Shown: positions 59,025 to 64,000 of the stretch, in pieces | Numbering within the stretch: position 1 is the stretch's first letter | Layout of the letters: each line of letters begins with the position of its first letter | From: an uncultured Ruficoccus sp. | GTDB taxonomy: Bacteria; Verrucomicrobiota; Verrucomicrobiia; Opitutales; Cerasicoccaceae | Reading direction: 5' to 3' | Assembly (NCBI GenBank): GCA_965140785.1 | Contig: OZ223481.1 | Location: forward strand, 544,001-608,000 | Length of the DNA stretch: 64,000 bases | Program-made: the position numbers and the translations under genes | The notes under the pieces: generated by a model | What the model was told of the DNA's origin: nothing | Database searches by the model: none | The model's input: the letters and a program-made list of their open reading frames with translations, nothing else

Positions 59025-60173
59025 GTGGCAATGACAGCTACCCCCCTCATCTGGCATGGTAAGTATGTCCTGGTTTTGGTAAGATGGATATCCCCAAGCC
59101 TGGAATACGGTATTCGCTCCTATGCGCGCGAAACGGACTGGATGCTGTTGTTTCCACGTTTGCAGTTCAGCGTCGGCGATGGGATCAAACACGTGGATGG
59201 CCTCATCATGCTGCTTTACGAAGATGAGGTGGTTTCCACGCGAAAGCTTTTTCCCAATGCGAAAATTGTGGATGTCCGCGGCACGCGCGGGTTGTCCTCG
59301 GATGCGGTGGTGCACCCGAATAACGCGCGTATCGGTGTCATGGCCGCCGATTACTTCTACGCCAAGGGATTTCGCTCGTTCATGGGCGTCTCGCCGCGGA
59401 AAGAGTCGATTATGGATGCCCGGTTGCGGAGTTTTTCCCGCCGGGTGAGAGAGCTGGGCTGCGATGTCGCCATCGAGAGTGGGGAAGGATGGTTCTACGA
59501 CCCCAAGCGGGTGGTTGAGCACTTTGAGCGATACCTGCGTAAGCGGGTGCAACCGCTGGCCATCTTTACGCCGGGAGACTTTATGGCCACTGTGGTCGTG
59601 CAGGCGGTGCAGATACTCGGCTACCGTATCCCGGAGCAGATATCCGTGCTGGGGGTAAACAATGATCGTATTTTCTGTGAAACCTCTAAGGTGCCCATCT
59701 CCAGTATCGATGAGGACCTCACGCTGGTGGGCTATGAGGCGGCGCGGACACTGGATGCCCTGATGGCGGGTAAGTCCGTGAAAAAGCGCACCCTCATCTC
59801 GCCGCTCAAGGTGCATGAACGACATTCGACCTCGCGGGAGCACTCGGCGGATTCGCTGGCCAATGCCATTCTGGTCTATATCCGCGATCATTTTTCGGAG
59901 AAAATTTCCATCGAGGAACTCTGTCGCCATGTGGGCGCTTCACGCTCTTTGGCCAACAGCCGTTTCCGCAAAATCATGGGCCGGACGATCGGGGATGAAA
60001 TTGAACGCGTCAGGATGGAGTATGGGCAGTCCCTGTTGCGCAAGACGGATTACAAGGTCGATGCAGTGGCCAGGCTCTGCGGTTACGAGAATACCTCGGC
60101 CTTTTGCCGCCGCTTTCGTCGCAATATAGGACTGACACCGGGAGCTTTCCGCGAGAAGGAACAGGTCAAATGA
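59025..60173 (+). CDS. XylR-type regulator (LacI sensor + AraC HTH)
   Basis: IPEQISVLGVNND; VARLCGYENTSAFCRRF. Confidence 0.9.
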   Translation: MAMTATPLIWHGKYVLVLVRWISPSLEYGIRSYARETDWMLLFPRLQFSVGDGIKHVDGLIMLLYEDEVVSTRKLFPNAKIVDVRGTRGLSSDAVVHPNNARIGVMAADYFYAKGFRSFMGVSPRKESIMDARLRSFSRRVRELGCDVAIESGEGWFYDPKRVVEHFERYLRKRVQPLAIFTPGDFMATVVVQAVQILGYRIPEQISVLGVNNDRIFCETSKVPISSIDEDLTLVGYEAARTLDALMAGKSVKKRTLISPLKVHERHSTSREHSADSLANAILVYIRDHFSEKISIEELCRHVGASRSLANSRFRKIMGRTIGDEIERVRMEYGQSLLRKTDYKVDAVARLCGYENTSAFCRRFRRNIGLTPGAFREKEQVK

Positions 60174-60276
60174 GTCTGCCGCGTTCTGTCGTCTGGCGCA
60201 TCTGCATATATTTCTGGCACACCGGAGGATGGCTGTTTGTTGACGGTAGTCCTTGAGAACTCAAGTCTTGCGCTTA

Positions 60277-63200
60277 ATGCCCCCCGTGTCTCCTTTCCTT
60301 GCGACTCCAACGCTGGCGTTCACCCTTTCCTTTGCCACAGTTATGCTTCTTGGAACGTCACATGGTCAGCTGGCGCCAGACGACCCCCTGAGCCGTACTG
60401 ATCCCTACACCCTTTATTTGAACGGCGACGAGCCCCCGCTTCCCGGTTACTTCTCGCTTGCCTTCGTGGGAGGGCTTCCGGCCAGGACGATTCCCCTGGG
60501 CTATAATCTGTCCAGCATCCATTCCTCATTTGCCCAGGATTTTGCGGACGGTGCCGCCTTTCCTCCGGCTCCGTTTCAGCCGGAAGACCACCTGCGCTAC
60601 ATGAGCAAGGAGCTGGGAGGGATCAATCTCGGGATACGCATGATCTCGGCCGCAAAGAAAGGAGCCCTGCCTCTGAAAACCAAAAAGTACGGAGACATGT
60701 ATCCGTCTCTGGATACGTCGGGGGAGCCCTATACGCATGTGTTGAAAATCATCAATGTTTTCGATCCGGCCACGCGGCGCTACCTGCTCGATTATGCCCG
60801 CGCTCATGTGCGCGAATGGGGGGTGGAGGATCCGTCGGGTAAGACGATTATCTACTGGTCGATGGACAATGAGTGGGAGGGCGCTCCCAATTATTCCCCT
60901 GCCGCCCGTGCGGCCTTCGCCGATTGGCTGGAGGAGGCATACGGGGGCGATGTGGCGGTACTGAACGATTGCTGGGGTGAAAATTACGCCAGTTTTGAAG
61001 CCGCCGCGAACGGAGACCTTCCAGCACCGGATGAGTACCGGACGCGCCCGGCTGTATTCCTGGATTGGTACACCTTTCAGAGTGATGCCTTTACCGGGTT
61101 CCTCAGTGAGATCGCCGCAGCGATGTATGAGGAGGACCCGCAGCGGCGCCCCGTCATCCACAAGTCCACGCAACAAACGATAGAAATGCCGACGGCTAAC
61201 CGGCGCTTCACGTTCGATCCAGCGCTCTTCGCCGAGCAGATGCGCACGGTCGGCGGGGGCTATTTCGGCATCGATATTTACGGGGCCGGTGATCGTGAGG
61301 CGTATGAGACGAACTACGCTTACCAGTGCATCCGCCCGGACGGGCAAAGTTCCGGCTATGGGGTTGTCCTGTGCGAGACCAATAACCACGGCGGTCCCGG
61401 CCATCAGTACGCGGCGACCTTCTGGCGCCTGCTGGCCAATGGCGTAAAAGGGCTGCACAACTTTACGACCGGCTTTGCCGGAGCCGAAGGCGACTTCTCC
61501 AAGTTCGGGTTTCTGGACGCTCAGACGGGGATGCCGAGAGACAAGTTCTTTTACGCCGCCCGCCTGGCCCACGAGATCCACCGCTCCGAGGGATTCTGGA
61601 CACAAAGCGTTCCTGCGGCATCCAACAAACGGGTCGCCATGCTGATGCCGCGCCGGGACGTCTTGCTGGCTGACTCGTCCCAGAGAAACAAGCACGTCAG
61701 TATCTGGGCCTACGCGGAGAATCACCGTTGGCTCCTGTTTCGCCGGCTGCGGGAGCAGGGCTATTGGGTGGACATCATTCCCTACACCAAACTGAATCCA
61801 GACTACCTGAGGGGCTACGAGGCTTTGTTCCTGATTGGGGCTGAACACCTGAGTCAGTCTGAGCAGGATGTGATCGAGGAGTACGTCGCAGATGGCGGCA
61901 CGCTCGTCGCGGACGAGCGACCGGGCTACTACGACGAGCACCATCGTGTGCTGAACGACCTCGAAATCGTCCTGGGCATGTCGCTGGGTGAGACGGAAAA
62001 TGTTTCACCAGTGCGCTTCGAGACGGGAGGCATCGAGATTTCCGGCAAGCGGTCGTTTTCCTCCCGGCCGGTTGGGGCCGAGCCGGTGGCTGAGAACGCC
62101 GCCGGTGCGCCACTGGCTTACCTGCATCGCTACGGGGAGGGGACCGTCCTGTATTTCCCCTGTATGCTTGGCACGCTGGAGGGCGATTTTTCCAGTGCGG
62201 GCGGAAAGAGCTTTGTGGTTGAGGACGGTCCGACCGCTGACGGCGAGGAGTACCGCGCGCGAACGGGAGAGTTTGCTCTCGGCGATTGGTTGGGAGAAAT
62301 GCTCGCTCGGGCAGGGCTGACCCCGGCCGTGCAGGTGGCGGGCAATCACCCGGAGACACGCGGCCTGTTGCGGCTGGAGCAGCCGGTCATCGATGAGCAG
62401 GGAAACGTCGCGGTGGTCATCAGCAGCCGGGCCGCTTCCGAGCACGAGGTCATCGCTCCGTGTACGGTTCGGCTCGCACTGCCGGGTGGTCCCTGGTCGG
62501 CGGGGCTGTGGTCGCCCGCCGAGCACGACGGACTGGAGACGGTTTCCCTGACCGCTCTGGAAGACGGGCGGTATGAAATTGCTCTGCCGGAGATTCAAAC
62601 GGCGGGGGTGCTCTATCTTTTCAACCACCACAGCCCCCTGCTGGGGATCGCGCCTGTCGAGACCGCGAGCCGCTCGGTGGATGGTCATGGCCCCATCGTT
62701 CGTCCCGGTGAGACCTTTGAGGTCTGCGTTCAGCTTTTCAATACCACGGGAGACGAGATGCCGGAGGGGGCTTTGCGTCTGGTCGCTCCGATGGAGTGGC
62801 ATGTCGAACGCTCCGAGGTTCCGACCGAGGCGCTCCCGGCGGGAGCGAGTACAACCGTGTCATTCGTCGTGACGCCTCCGGGGGAGGACGCGGCGTTGCA
62901 GCCCGGATTCTTATATCCTCTCGTGGCACGGTGGAGCGATGGTGCTGAAGACCGCGCTGTGATTTCCACCAATGTCGAGGCGGCCCCGGACCCGTCAGCA
63001 GTTCCCCGTCTGCTCACGGATAACGCCACCTACCCGGATACCTATCCCTACCGGACCCAGACTGGCGCGACTTACCAGACCCTCGTCCCGGAAAACCATC
63101 GGCTCTACCGCGATCCCGTCGCACCGGGTGAAGGCGACCAGCGTGGCGCCTTGCTCAATGGGCACGGCTGGTGGCTGGGGCGGATGGGCCTGCCCGTCAC

Positions 63201-63519
63201 GCGCACGGTCGAACGGAAAGCGTATGCCACCTACCAGGTACCCGAGACGGTGTTGCTTTTCGATCTGAAAGGAGTGAGGGAATTGGCCTCGGTCTATGTT
63301 GTTACGATGCCCGAACTGGGTACACCGGCCAGTATCTGCATCGAAACCAGTAAAGACGGGAAGGTCTTCGAGTGGCAGGAAACGGTTGATTTTTCCGAGC
63401 GCTGGCAAACAGCCAGGATTGAGCTGCCTGCCTGCCGTGCACAATACGTGAAAATGACCATTGTCTGGCCATCTGAAAAAGGAGGAGCACTCGATGAAGT
63501 CGAAATCTGGGGAAGATAA
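60277..63519 (+). CDS. Large secreted GH42/beta-galactosidase-like glycoside hydrolase with C-terminal accessory domains
   Basis: WSMDNE, LNDCWG, trimerisation-like segment, NEW3-like and discoidin-like (EVEIWG) tail. Confidence 0.75.
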   Translation: MPPVSPFLATPTLAFTLSFATVMLLGTSHGQLAPDDPLSRTDPYTLYLNGDEPPLPGYFSLAFVGGLPARTIPLGYNLSSIHSSFAQDFADGAAFPPAPFQPEDHLRYMSKELGGINLGIRMISAAKKGALPLKTKKYGDMYPSLDTSGEPYTHVLKIINVFDPATRRYLLDYARAHVREWGVEDPSGKTIIYWSMDNEWEGAPNYSPAARAAFADWLEEAYGGDVAVLNDCWGENYASFEAAANGDLPAPDEYRTRPAVFLDWYTFQSDAFTGFLSEIAAAMYEEDPQRRPVIHKSTQQTIEMPTANRRFTFDPALFAEQMRTVGGGYFGIDIYGAGDREAYETNYAYQCIRPDGQSSGYGVVLCETNNHGGPGHQYAATFWRLLANGVKGLHNFTTGFAGAEGDFSKFGFLDAQTGMPRDKFFYAARLAHEIHRSEGFWTQSVPAASNKRVAMLMPRRDVLLADSSQRNKHVSIWAYAENHRWLLFRRLREQGYWVDIIPYTKLNPDYLRGYEALFLIGAEHLSQSEQDVIEEYVADGGTLVADERPGYYDEHHRVLNDLEIVLGMSLGETENVSPVRFETGGIEISGKRSFSSRPVGAEPVAENAAGAPLAYLHRYGEGTVLYFPCMLGTLEGDFSSAGGKSFVVEDGPTADGEEYRARTGEFALGDWLGEMLARAGLTPAVQVAGNHPETRGLLRLEQPVIDEQGNVAVVISSRAASEHEVIAPCTVRLALPGGPWSAGLWSPAEHDGLETVSLTALEDGRYEIALPEIQTAGVLYLFNHHSPLLGIAPVETASRSVDGHGPIVRPGETFEVCVQLFNTTGDEMPEGALRLVAPMEWHVERSEVPTEALPAGASTTVSFVVTPPGEDAALQPGFLYPLVARWSDGAEDRAVISTNVEAAPDPSAVPRLLTDNATYPDTYPYRTQTGATYQTLVPENHRLYRDPVAPGEGDQRGALLNGHGWWLGRMGLPVTRTVERKAYATYQVPETVLLFDLKGVRELASVYVVTMPELGTPASICIETSKDGKVFEWQETVDFSERWQTARIELPACRAQYVKMTIVWPSEKGGALDEVEIWGR

Positions 63520-64000
63520 ACAGCGGTTCGTCAAGATCGGGAGACCCCACGGATTCAGCCTGATCGAGCTGCTGGCGGTTATAGCCGTCATCGCTGTGCT
63601 GGCCGGAGTGATCATTGGCGTCCTCGGGAGGACGAAAAAAGCGGCGCAGTCCGTTCAGTGTGTTTCAAATCTCCGGCAGATCGGGATGGCTGTGAAATCC
63701 TTTATCGTGGACAACCACAACACGATGGTCCCGGCCACGGATAAGACAATTGCGGATTCGTGGACGGTGTGGCATACGTTTTTAAGGCCTTACATTCCTT
63801 TGCAATACACGGAAGAGGGGAAACTGGTGCGTTCTCTCTATTGCCCGGTGATCGATCACAGCCTGAGCGCTTCTTCCTACTATACGGGGTATACCTTTAA
63901 TGAGAGTTTCGACTTCCAGAAGATGGGTGGACAGTTTGACGACACCCGCTGCCCGATCACCTGGGATGACGAGCAGATTACTGGAAATTCCAGCTTTTTC
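63494..64000 (+). CDS. Prepilin-type N-methylation protein (partial)
   Basis: Manual translation: GFSLIELLAVIAVIAVLAG..QCVSNLRQIG. Confidence 0.88.
   Translation, partial: MKSKSGEDKQRFVKIGRPHGFSLIELLAVIAVIAVLAGVIIGVLGRTKKAAQSVQCVSNLRQIGMAVKSFIVDNHNTMVPATDKTIADSWTVWHTFLRPYIPLQYTEEGKLVRSLYCPVIDHSLSASSYYTGYTFNESFDFQKMGGQFDDTRCPITWDDEQITGNSSFF

Noticed and set aside
32481..61944. Long antisense ORFs (e.g. 32481-33506, 34867-36045, 37340-38524, 60526-61944)
   Set aside because: Shadow frames of well-supported genes in GC-rich DNA
1..64000. CRISPR array or cas genes
   Set aside because: No regularly spaced repeat-spacer array and no Cas motifs seen

Overview
Bacterial chromosome segment, probably Verrucomicrobiota (Opitutales/Puniceicoccales-like), inferred from four PEP-CTERM proteins, three prepilin-type proteins and several sulfatases. 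Bases 1-3372 hold a cnrYXH-CB-like heavy-metal efflux operon with twin ECF promoter motifs. A minus-strand tRNA-Arg(CCT) follows; its 5' half is duplicated at about 12460 and 33613, marking tandem islands integrated in the reversed orientation. Island 1 (about 9 kb) is compact: tyrosine integrase, excisionase, HUH rolling-circle Rep, putative SSB and candidate origin hairpins, plus defence cargo (REase-MTase fusion with S subunit, a HEPN-motif protein, Mrr). Island 2 (about 21 kb) carries an IS3, a fucosidase/sialidase/NanA-type glycan cluster, type III RM debris and a second integrase. After remnants of a third element, the window contains further modules of regulator + PEP-CTERM + prepilin-like protein + CAZyme/sulfatase, a two-component system with an arylsulfatase, and a GH13 pair in which one copy lacks its catalytic residues. 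Several frameshifts fall in homopolymers and may be sequencing errors. All calls come from motif recognition by eye; no database searches were run.
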